A stretch of 64,000 nt of DNA from Octopus sinensis (lineage: Eukaryota): assembly GCF_006345805.1 (NCBI RefSeq), contig NC_043001.1, positions 107,756,001 through 107,820,000 on the forward strand, written 5' to 3'. The notes below the pieces were generated by a model. The model ran no database searches, was not told the origin of the DNA, and was given only the letters and a program-made list of their open reading frames with translations. Shown piece after piece: positions 53,416-64,000 of the stretch. Within the stretch, counting starts at the first letter, position 1, and each line of letters begins with the position of its first letter. A program made the translations under genes and the position numbers.

Positions 53416-53620
53416 AGTAGTATGTCGTTATTTAGTTTTATTTCAAGATTTCTTGCCAATAAGAAAGAACTGGTTTCTAACCTAAATCCAAGATTCCTTC
53501 ATTTAAATTTCAACATCAACAACAGGATATTTTTGTTTGTATGTAAGTATGATTTCTGTAATTCATTTTCCGTCAATTTCCTAGTTCATTTATTATATAT
53601 AGATTTTATATTCGTGGGTT
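53416..53620 (-). mobile_element. R4/Dong-like LINE 3' UTR running into (TACA)n
   Basis: reverse complement of the UTR at 17645-17745 and 27745-27845; (TATG)n at 53248-53415. Confidence 0.8.
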
Positions 53621-54551
53621 TCCTTTCCTCGTGTATGAAATACATAATTACATATCAAGTCTAACAAATATTTTATACCAACTTGCGCGTTTAAATAATT
53701 TTATATATTTTTCTTGCATGCTCCATAATATTATTTAATAGATCAATGCGCTACGTAATAACTAACATCGAGTATAATATAGATGGCCACCTTATCTACA
53801 TTGCTGTCACATTTTCATTATTGTTATTTCAATTGGTAATGTTTTTGATGCGAGTGAATCTTTTCTTGTTTTCCCTGTCTTATGAATTAACCCATATGAA
53901 TTAGTTGCTATACGTGTTTTTGGTATATATTTTTCATGTTCCTAACGTCGCAATAATATTTTCTAAAATCCCATTTTTTATTTTCCTGCATGAGAATTTC
54001 ATTGACTAAGAAACATCTTCAATATGGAATAAATTAGTCCTGATTTTTTTATTCACCATAAAGGTTATACATAGAATTGGACAGCACATCCGGGGAACTT
54101 AAAATAACAAAAGCGAATGATAAGACAAGAAAAAATTAAAATAATAATGAATAATGAAAATATATTTACAATGAGGTGTAAATGTCCACTCATTCCCCGG
54201 AATCGAGTGGTTACATTTTCGTCAGTTTTTTCCACAGAACAATATATTTCACCGAATTTCTAAATACATTTTCAGAATGTTTTTCATAAGATTCCAGCAA
54301 ACAGAGTTTCAAAAATACCTTTTTCAACATTTCAAAATACATTTTCAAACCAACTTTCGAATATACATATTCCAAAACTTCAACAAACATTTTACAGAGC
54401 TTCAAAAATTACTTTTCTCAAATCAAAGTACATAATTTCGAACTTACATATCACAGAATTTCAACAACATTTTACAGCATTTCAAATTCCATTTTTAGGA
54501 TTTCGAAATACATTTTCACAGAGTTTTTCTTTTTTTTTTTTTTTCACAATC

Positions 54552-55970
54552 TTAGACGTATTCTATTATCTCTTCCACATCCCTGAAGTTCATCACTGCA
54601 TTTTGAGGTAGACGCTCTCTCATTCGACACCTCGTGGAAAATATCACTCTCTCTCCGGTAGCTTCTAGATACTCATCGGCTCCTTCCTCGGGGATTAGAG
54701 CAGTCTCCTCCCGCCAATCGGTTCTCCTGTTGATCCATACATGTCCTTCCGTTTCATATGTTAAATCGCTCATTTCAGAGCAGCTCCTGTAGGTTACTAA
54801 TATATAATAGTAGTAATCCTTATTCCGTCCTGTGTATTCCTTCGTCTTCCTTTTCGGACTTATTTCCTCTTTGTTCTCCTCTCTTTGTTTCTCTATTTCT
54901 CTCTTTTTGCCTTCTCTTCTTTCTCCTTCCTTCTCTTGTCTTTTTGGCTCTTTGTCAGTTTTCTCTTATCTCGTACTTTATGTTCCTTTCCTGTAGTTTC
55001 TTTTTCCTTTTGTGTACCGTCCTTTCTTTTCGCTTGACTCTGTTCCCTCTCTTGTTTTTTCCTGTTGTTTCTCTTTCCTTTTTTTTCTCTTGACTCTGTT
55101 TTGGTTCTATTAATTCCTTCCCTTTGATTTCTTTTTCCTTCATTGTCTTATTATTTCCCTTCTCTTGTTGTTTTGTTTCCTTTTCTTTGCTTTCTTTCTC
55201 ATTTAGTGTATTGTTCTTTTCTTCCAGTTCCCTTTCCTGCTCACACTCCGCTACGAATTCATATAGCGGGCATTCCTTTTTAATGTGCCCCCTTGTCCCG
55301 TACAAGTAGCAGTTGGATTTTCTCCCCTCCACGATTACGCTAAGGGTTTTTTTTCGTTTTCTATCTCAATTTTGAAGGGAAACCTTTCAATATCTTCTGT
55401 TGTGGCCATCAGCCACAATTCTACTCCGTATCCTTTCCAGTTCACTACGTTGGACTCCTTGATTGATTCTATTTCTACTTCCTCTTCTGCTGACCCTAGA
55501 ATGGCTGTTGCCAGCCATTCTGTCTTCACTTCTGGGGGTACATTCGAGATTTTAACTCGAACCCCTCTTCTTCCCTTATATGAAGGCCACATGGTAAATT
55601 TTTCGGCTCTCAGTACGGTGGTAGCCAGCGAGGCTGCAACTTCCTCTGTTGTACACCTCACCTCCACCGTACCAAATTTCTTGCCTCTGTTCACAAAAGT
55701 AATTTTCTCCATTATGTCTCCCAGACATTTTTCAATTTCGTCTATCGCTATTCTTGCTAGCTTCCTTGTACTCCTATCTTGGGTTCTGTAGGTCACTGTC
55801 TTATTTTCCTTGTCCTCTTTTGTTTTAGCAGGGGGGATTAGCATCACGCTGTCACCCTCCCTTTTAAAGAGTTTCTCACATTCTTTAAGTTTTTCCTTCT
55901 CAAAGAATACTTCCCTTACAATAAGTGACGAATCACTTTTCAATGTAGCGACCCCCGCGTAAGTCTCCAT
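54552..55970 (-). pseudogene. disrupted ORF1/gag-like gene (RRM-like region, CCHC knuckle, K/E-rich tail) of a non-LTR-type element
   Basis: 211-aa ORF 55335-55970 joins 54955-55332 by a -1 shift in an A8 run to give 'EKKTLSVIVEGRKSNCYLYGTRGHIKKEC'; 73-aa C-terminal ORF; A-run right after the stop. Confidence 0.7.
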
Positions 55971-56269
55971 GGCTAGAGGGTCGACTCACCTTCTTCAAAA
56001 GGTTCCAACACGTGGAGGCAAGCGCCTCGCGCGATACAATATCAATTTCACACACAGAAAAAACCAACTTCTTATCACTATAAACAACACCTGGATAATA
56101 AATTAGTCCTACCAACTCAAAAGCTCCATCGTAGCTAACTTGTGTAATATATATCTGACAAGAAGGTTCCACATGATACGATCAGCGGAACAGCTTGCTC
56201 GTGAAATTAATAAGATACTACTAGAAATGCTTCATTTGATAATAATAACAGGGTGTTCACCTTTGTATC

Positions 56270-56502
56270 TTATTTCTTTATTGCCCACAAGGGGCTAAAC
56301 ATACAGAGGACAAACAAGGACAGACAAACGGATTAAGTCGATTACATCGACCCCAGTGCGTAACTGGTACTTCATTTATCGACCCCGAAAGAATGAAAGG
56401 CAAAGCCTACCTCGGTGGAATTTGAACTCAGAACGTAGCAGCAGATGAAATATCGCTAAGCATTTCGCCCGGCGTGCTAACCTTTCTGCCAGCTCGCCGC
56501 CT
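56270..56502 (-). mobile_element. SINE family S2 monomer
   Basis: complete head, body and T tail. Confidence 0.9.
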
Positions 56503-57123
56503 TGTCACACACAAACACTCACCGTACGTATAAGAATGTGTTGATCCAATGGCTATCCCTATAGTTTTTGTTTCTAAATTCTCTGTTAAAACTTTTGTCG
56601 ATCGAGAATTTGGAAGAAGAAGAAGAAATATGTTTTAACGACATTATAAAGTAAGGTCGAACCGATCAAGTGATTGCGTGGCACATTTTCTTCTCCACAA
56701 CTCCATAACGAAAGTTTGCTTGAATTTTGCTAAACATTGACACCGAAGTGCTTAGAGCAGCTTCATATCGGAACGTATGCCATTTAATGCAAGCATATGT
56801 TGGTAGTAACTATGATTTAAAGCTAAGAATAAAACGTACAACAGTTATCCATTATTCTTGCCAAGCAGCTAGCTGATGCGTAGTGTCGGCCAGACAAAAG
56901 TTTCAGGTACGGGCTTCAAATCGATAAATTTCCATGTGCGCATATATCAGTTGGAAACTATTTACAAGTGCATATGTATGTATGTAGGTGAATATATACA
57001 AATATTCAAGTATATATGTAGGTAAGCAGGCACACGCACACGCACATACACACACACACACACTCACATACAAAGAAATATATGCATGTGCCAAATTTTA
57101 TTTCTGTATAACAGATAGGTTAT

Positions 57124-57284
<161 letters not shown>

Positions 57285-57409
57285 ATATATTATATTATAT
57301 ATATATATATATGCTTGATGTATATGTGTATGATTATTTAGCTGTGTTCACACAAACTTAAACAGTCACAGATACAAATACGCACAGTTATACAAGTGTA
57401 GTTATGATG

Positions 57410-57990
57410 GTTTCAAACCCTAGCAGAACCAGCAGTTTTGAGGAGAGGGTGAAATCGATTACATCACCCTCCAGTGCTTAACTGGTAATTAGTCTAGTTT
57501 ATCGATTCCGAAACGATGAAAGGTAAAGTCAATCTCGTCGGAATTTGAACTCAGAATGTAAAGACTGACGAACGGTTTGTCCAACGTGCTAACGGTTCTT
57601 ATTTCTTTACTGCCCACAAGGGGCTACACACAGAGGGGACAAACAAGGACAGACAAAGAGATTAAGTCGATTACATCTACCCCAGTGCGCAACTGGTACT
57701 TAATTTTATCGACTCCGAAAGGATGAAAGGCAAAGTTGACCTCGGCGGAATTTGAACTCAGAACGTAACGGCAGACTAAATACCGCTAAGCATTTCGCCT
57801 GGCGTGCTAAGTATTCTGAAAATTCGCTGCCTTCGACGCCTGTATAATGTACAGAAATAACGGTTTCAATTGTTGTCACAGGGCAGCAATTTTGGGGGAT
57901 GGGGTAAGTCGATTACGTCGACCCAAAGTTTCGATTGGTACTTATTTTATCGACTCTGAAAGAATGAAAAGCAAAGTCAACCCGTTGGGT
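57410..57990 (-). mobile_element. cluster of S2 units (57410-57598, 57599-57836, 57855-57990)
   Basis: S2 body motifs; junction at 57590-57605 differs from the standard one. Confidence 0.8.
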
Positions 57991-58039
57991 ATGACGTTTC
58001 CAAATTTCTGAGTGAGTGAATAGCGTCAGTGTGCTGTTT

Positions 58040-58387
58040 TACTTACACATGGTGCCCAACTTTACCGGACAATCACCGTCACTGGACTATAATCTCTTCG
58101 GCCCCATGAAAGAGGGTTTGAGAGGCAAACATTATTCCAGAGACGAGGAAGTGAAAACTGCAGTGAAGAAATGGCTCTAAGAACAGTCAACAGAATTTTA
58201 CGGGGTAGGGATATATGCTCTCATTCGAAAGTGGAACATTCCTATTGAGAGAAACTGTAACTATGTTGAGAAGTAGGGATGTGATCCACAGAGGACCAGC
58301 TTCATTTTGATGTATGATACATGTTCCTCTGTTGGTTGTTATACCTAACCTAAACAAGATGGCGTTACTTCTTGACTCACCCTCGTA
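58040..58387 (+). mobile_element. mariner transposase 3' end with TIR
   Basis: 'DYNLFGPMKEGLRGKHYS.DEEVKTAVKKWL' through 'YVEK*'; ends 'ttacttcttgactcaccctcg' plus TA. Confidence 0.9.
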
Positions 58388-58414
58388 TATACATACATAT
58401 GTATATATGTATAA

Positions 58415-58680
58415 CTGTCCGATGAACGGCAACGGGACACTCAGAGTAACAGGTTTTGTTGAATATTCTGCTGCTTTAAATAAAGCATATTACTCTACCT
58501 CTAGTATTTGAGTACTCTTTTTTCCACCTTGTTTCACATTTATGTGTTTACTCCGGTATATATATATATATATATTATATATATATATATTTCTGCTGCT
58601 TTAAATAAAGCATATTACTCTACCTCTAGTATTTGAGTACTCTTTTTTCCACATTGTTTCACATTTATGTGCTTACTCCG
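58415..58680 (+). mobile_element. hammerhead-like motif followed by a duplicated 90-bp tail, each copy ending in (TA)n
   Basis: CTGT-CCGATGA-A-CGGCAACGG-GACA-CTC-A-GAG-TA-ACAG (58415-58452, degenerate); repeats at 58466-58555 and 58591-58680. Confidence 0.55.
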
Positions 58681-58735
<55 letters not shown>

Positions 58736-58769
58736 TACATATATATACATACGCACACACACACATATA

Positions 58770-58960
58770 GTTCAAATTTACAGCAAACAAATGACGAAAA
58801 GAGATGAAGGGACAGCAAGCAGGTGTAATAGTTTAACGCTCAGGAAGAATGAAAAAGTCTTTGATGTTTCAAGTCTACGCTCTCCGACAGAGAGGATTGA
58901 GTGGATAAAAATGAAGAGAGAACGACTAAAAAAAAAAACAGAGAGAAAAATACGTAGGGA
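58770..58960 (-). mobile_element. family P2 pLTR-like copy
   Basis: shares 'gtttaacgctcaggaag...aaagtcttt..cgtttc' with 12835-13085; hammerhead-like motif degenerate. Confidence 0.6.
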
Positions 58961-59299
58961 TTAACAGTTGAACATGATATATATGCGTGTGTATATGCGT
59001 GTATGTGTGTGTGAGTGTGTGGAGGATTTATGCGTACGTATGAGCATTTGTATGTGTGTATTATTTAAATCTGTCTAATTACAACAGAATGAGCCTTATT
59101 AAGTTGCTTCATTTCGTAATTTCTTATTTTCTACTCTGAAGACCATCGTAATTACCGTTATCAACTGTAGCAACATATGTTGTATGACATTTAAGACACC
59201 CATTTCTTTAGATATTTTATTGTAAGCTATGATCTTATTTTAAACTGCCTGTAATTATTGTTACATTTATAAAAGATTTTCGTTATTTGGAATTAATCA

Positions 59300-59490
59300 T
59301 ATTCGTCACATTCGAGTGGCGTCAGGACTTCCAGCCTCCCTTGCCATTCAACTGTTGCGCAAAACAATGTAACCCTTAAAATTTTCAAGCCAACCTTTAC
59401 CAGGTCCAAAACATTGCATATCAAATCTTGCAGCTTTCTGAAAATCGCCGTACCCAGTTCCAGATTCCAGAGGAGCAAAATCTCATTTTA
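59300..59490 (-). mobile_element. pogo/Tigger transposase remnant (CENP-B HTH region)
   Basis: 'GKGWLENFKGYIVLRNS*MAREAGSPD' resembles the 'ASKGWFENFK...GEAASAD' motif. Confidence 0.5.
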
Positions 59491-59516
59491 TTGGTATCTG
59501 ATGTACCGTATGTAGT

Positions 59517-59700
59517 GTGGCGATTTGGTAGAATCGCTACCGCGCCAGACTAAAAGGTTAGCAGCATTACGTCCGTCTTTACGTTCTGAGTTCAAATTCC
59601 GCCGAGGACGACTTTGCCTTCCATCATTTTCAGGGTTGATAAAATAGTCGACTTAACTATTATCCCGAAATTACCGGCTTTGTGTTTAAGTTTAAAACCA
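59517..59700 (+). mobile_element. SINE family S2, diverged and internally deleted
   Basis: 'gagttcaaattccgccgaggacgactttgcc'. Confidence 0.75.
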
Positions 59701-60153
59701 AACGTTTCGTACAGTCAAGTTGTCGCCTCATAATTTCAGGGACCGTTTCATTTTTTAATCATCAAATTCAATTGCTGACAAATAATTCACATAGAAGACA
59801 CTTGACCTCAATTGCAATAGGCGGAGGTGATAAGGGTCTTGCATCAAACATTTGTAAAACATCGAGTCAACGCCCAATGTAATCCGTTTACAAGTCGTTT
59901 GGCAATAACGATTTCCTCCGCACTTGATGGCTTCTCTCAAATCATTTTCAACAAGTATTATGTATTAGGTTTTTCGTGTTTGATCTTAAATTCACCAGCG
60001 GCGCAGATAAACAGGATAACCACTCCAAAGTAGACAGTGATGTGCAGCGTGGGCAAAAAGTTACCGCCATTTTATTTCGAACTAAAAAATGCAAACGCGA
60101 GAATGAAGGTGATGAAGAAGTCACGTCAAAAAAAAGACGTGCGTTCTTATATA

Positions 60154-60497
60154 CTAGCTGACCCCGTGCCGTCAAATATGACGGCTAATTTTAGTATTTA
60201 TATATATAAATAAGGTACACAATAAGTGACATAATAATCACACATACAAACATTCACTACGTCCCTTCTACACGTACGCTCACATCAACACATATTCACA
60301 CAGAGGTGAAACGCTGATTTGTTTTTCACCCCTTCCTTCCTTATTGATCTAGCACCCCTTCCTTTCTCTCATTGCTATTACATTCTCTCACTCCCTCTTA
60401 GTCAGGGCTATTACTCTCATTACTTTCCGTCGCTGAATTACTATTTTCTCTCCTTCTCCACGCCCGGCATGATCCTGGACCAATATATATATATATA
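60154..60497 (-). mobile_element. Helitron-like non-autonomous element
   Basis: CTAG at 60154-60157 next to the hairpin gccgtca-aata-tgacggc (60168-60185); 5' end uncertain. Confidence 0.55.
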
Positions 60498-60498
60498 T

Positions 60499-60891
60499 AA
60501 CTTATAAAATAAGGGCAAAAGAAAAATTCTAATGCCAAATATGCCGAAAAAAAGACAAAATTGTCAATAACCATCATAATTTATGCGTCTCGAATCATGC
60601 CGATAGAAATTTCTAAAAAATTCCGTTATTACCATATTGGTCCAAATTTCGGGGATAATGCATAAGAAGTTTCCTCTCGTCAGCGATAAATACGTAAGAC
60701 ATAAATGAAATACTTACTCATACCCATGGAAAAAGCAAGCACTAAGTCCTGAGCAGACCTAAGTACCCCAAATATATCAAAAATAGAAAATCTTCAGCAC
60801 ATCTCGAGACACGTGTGATTCGATCTAGAAACATTCACAGAGTAAGAGAATTTGGCATTAGAATTTTTCTTTTGCCCTTATTTTATAAGTT
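60499..60891. mobile_element. MITE or fold-back element with 42-bp perfect TIRs
   Basis: 60499-60540 is the exact reverse complement of 60850-60891. Confidence 0.85.
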
Positions 60892-61207
60892 GTTTATAAA
60901 TTTAACCTTTAAAGGTATTTTTTGATATGCTGGCCATTGATAAAAATTTTTTCGAAAATACTTTTATCCTACATTAGTATATATATATGTTGCATATATA
61001 TTATACTCAAGAACCAAGAAAATATATTATTCATATATAATCAAATAAGGATTTTATTTTATTTCTTAACTGAAATTAACCCGAGTTTCCGCAGGGACAC
61101 ATTTACAAGCCGCATCACGATATTAATAATCATATTTCGCAATTCCTTCAAGTTCTGAATCCTGTAACAAATGTTTCATCACGCAGAGAATGACCAGATG
61201 TATATAG

Positions 61208-61238
<31 letters not shown>

Positions 61239-61294
61239 TATGTTTGCATACGTATATATATATACAGAAAAACCAACGATGTTCTGTCATACAT

Positions 61295-61870
61295 AAATAT
61301 AAATTCAAAATCAGCCACCATTCTTAATCAAAAGAAATTCGTTGGCAGCATCGGCAAGAGAGTTTCAAAATTTTCTTTTGATAAAGAAACCTTCTACCAA
61401 GCTTTACCAGTCTGTATTAAATCCCTAAAACCAAAAGGATATAACAGTCAGCAGCAAATACGTAACAAAGTCATCACAAACAGATGCAGCTGCTCAGGAA
61501 ATAAGATATGCTCATTTCAGGGAACAAATATTTTTTAAGCTACTCTCATGGAAAGGATATCCAAAAAGAAACTATATTGCCTCTGCTGCAGAATTTATGG
61601 ACACATGCACACAACATACAAATTCTGGGTTATACACAATGGAAAAATATTCTTCTCCAAACGTTGCTTGGAGTTAAAAGAAGATATCAGTACAAAAACG
61701 AAATGGGAAATTATAGACTGTGCATCACTCTAAGTGAGAACTTTTGCTTTCTTCTCTCTCTGCAGCACAGGAAAATGTCACAAAATTGCACAAAATATAA
61801 ATACTTTAAAGAGAAACGGATTTATATCACGGGGCAGGCAAGAAATAACATTCATTTTCAACTATGATGA
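61295..61870 (+). mobile_element. Penelope-like element C-terminal/GIY-YIG remnant
   Basis: broken motifs 'GSIGKRVSK', 'RCSCSGNKIC', 'KRNYIAS' and 'LELKEDISTKTKWEIID'. Confidence 0.7.
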
Positions 61871-62321
61871 ATTGAACAGCAAAGGCTCTATACGCACAGA
61901 TATGACGCCACACACACATATATACACTCAACCATGTGCACAAAAATACCTTATACATATGTAATATGCGGAACATAGACCGTCATAAAACTGCTTCTTC
62001 GGCATAATTTCGAAAACCCTATGAAGTGACCACGCAGCTGCAGATGGATACACCTGTACAAATCCAAAGAACAAACAATACGTTATTAGGTATATTCCGT
62101 TTTACACACTCACGCGTACACATGACCATACCCTTGAATCGAGAAAACAAGGATATCGCCCCACACACAACAAAATACCACAACAGCTTCAAGAAACTCA
62201 AACACGTACACACAAATAGCGCAAGCTTAAATTTCAGATGTTTACAGCAAAACCACAACACACCTAAACCATTCGGTAATATAAATAACACACCATATTT
62301 CACAGGTAACAAAACTAATAA

Positions 62322-62700
62322 TCTATATATATAAAGCTGAAGTTGTCCGTGTATGGCAGGTTTGGTAGCCTTCAACTAACACTATCTCCTCCGAGACCAA
62401 AAGTTGACCAAAATTGGGAGTATGATAGAAGGCTTGCTCTTCCTTCTGTAGAAGAAAAAATTCAAATCGGACCATGTTAACACCAAAAATTATTTACATC
62501 AAAAAGGTGTTTTTTTCCTATGAAAATCCTTACTTTTTACAATTGTTTCACTGCTGTGTCGCCATTTTTCGGTGTATTTCAACCAGAAAAATGTTCACTT
62601 AAAGAGAATAACAAGCTACATAACGCAAAATTTTACTTTTCAAAAATTCCAATTCTAAAGGGTCAAAACAAACCCGAGCAACGCCGGGCGATACTGCTAA
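62322..62700 (+). mobile_element. non-autonomous Helitron-like element
   Basis: 5' TC, hairpin cccgagcaacgccggg (62673-62688), 3' CTAA, A|T insertion site. Confidence 0.8.
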
Positions 62701-62747
62701 TCATGCATAAAGTAACTCACATACCCCAACACACACATACAGACATA

Positions 62748-62969
62748 TATGAGATACTTCTGTAAATTTCCTTGCTTTGTGTAAAAAAAAACACAGGGGG
62801 ATCAGTTAATCGTGATTTTATTCAACGTATACCCCTCTCAGATTCACGCCACTTATTGCTGCGGTTCTTCAGTTTTTCCAAACCTGTAAAAGAACTGGGA
62901 AGTTTGGGCGTCCAACCAAACCTTTCGCGATACACTTAAAGCCAGGAACTTTTCAGCACCCTCTCGTGT
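62748..62969 (-). mobile_element. mariner-derived MITE (~220 bp)
   Basis: degenerate TIRs at 62748-62778 and 62938-62967; retains the transposase end 'EKLKNRSNK...YVE*'. Confidence 0.7.
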
Positions 62970-62974
62970 GTACC

Positions 62975-63165
62975 GTTGGCGACTTTTTTTGCTCTGTCTT
63001 CCCTTCTCTGGATCTTTCCTTCTCCTATGTTTCCGACGAAGAGCTCCGCTCGAAACGTTAAACCCTCCTTCTTTCCTTCTTTCCTGAGCGTCCAATAATA
63101 CTATATTTGTTCCACGTCCTCGCGTTGTGTTTTCTTGTGCTTTCTTGTTTGGATTAACTCTAAAT
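62975..63165 (+). mobile_element. family P1 pLTR-like copy with a hammerhead-like motif (63029-63063)
   Basis: matches 11660-11847; ends at (TA)n. Confidence 0.65.
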
Positions 63166-63189
63166 ATCTCTATATATATATTATATACA

Positions 63190-63335
63190 TGCAGCACGTA
63201 ATTTTGTCAGTGAACAGGTCGCGGTCTCAAAGCGACGAAAATATTTTGGTAAATTAAATGTAATTGTTGAAGTGAATCTAACGGTATTTGTGTGTTTCTT
63301 AAATGGCTTATGAACACTTCCACGCTGCTATTGTT
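63190..63335 (+). mobile_element. second copy of the G3-C8 hammerhead-like element (motif at 63204-63252)
   Basis: TTGTCA-GTGAACA-G-GTCGC(ggtctcaaa)GCGAC-GAAAA-TA-TT-T-TGGTAA; followed by (TA)n. Confidence 0.6.
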
Positions 63336-63421
63336 TTTGCTATATATATATATTATATATAATATAATACATATATATATATATATAATATATATATCTA
63401 TATATATATTGTATTATATAT

Positions 63422-63470
<49 letters not shown>

Positions 63471-64000
63471 GTTATTATGTATGATGTAGGTATGAATTAT
63501 GTTGAGTATGTATATCTATATATATATACATATATATATACATATATATATAAATAAATATAATATATATATAATATAATAAATAAATAAATATAATAAT
63601 ATATATATATTATATATATATATATATATATAAAGATTTGAGTGTTGTACGTGCAGTTTGTATTATTTAAATTCTTTCGTTTAAATTCGTGTAATCACGA
63701 AGCTTCAATCGTTTGAATTATTTTTATTTATTTTCCGCTCCGTCGCTCTTGTACTCAATAATCCAAATAAATCGTACATCTAAATAATTGCAATCTTATT
63801 TCATGTCATTTTTAGAAATGGAGTCTTTCAACATTACTTAAATATTTACTCCAACATTCCATATGAATATTATGGTATCTGAAATTCTATACGCTTACCA
63901 TTTATTTTTTCCCCAGAGTATCCTTTATCTCAGAAGTTCAATACGGTTACATATTCCAATAATCTTTTATGTTGATTTGGTGTTACAATCCTATATCTAA

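Noticed and set aside
55285-55791. 168-aa plus-strand ORF, plus 54758-55093 and 12470-12754
   Set aside because: Antisense shadows of the ORF1-like and Penelope coding remnants.

Overview
AT-rich eukaryotic DNA dominated by microsatellites and transposable elements. It looks like octopus genome; that is inferred from the SINE types and the simple-repeat density, not verified. I could not support any intact host protein-coding gene, tRNA, rRNA or CRISPR array. Nearly all ORFs in the supplied track are translated (TA)n/(CA)n/(TACA)n/(AAT)n repeats or antisense SINE sequence. The window holds three abundant tRNA-derived SINE families (called S1, S2, S3 here; my labels), many with clear target-site duplications (TSDs). 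It also has decayed fragments of Penelope-like elements (RT start and GIY-YIG), R4/Dong-like restriction-endonuclease LINEs next to (TACA)n or (TAA)n, RTE LINEs, mariner and pogo transposases, a Gypsy integrase tail, a probable solo LTR, non-autonomous Helitrons and MITEs. A ~2 kb element carries only an ORF1/gag-like gene. The most notable observations are: (i) several families of short (TA)n-associated elements with minimal hammerhead-ribozyme-like folds, one with a G3-C8 swapped core; (ii) S2 SINE dimers and a trimer joined at one fixed palindromic junction and each flanked by a single TSD; (iii) the ORF1-only retroelement; (iv) an apparently (TACA)n-targeting R4-like LINE.
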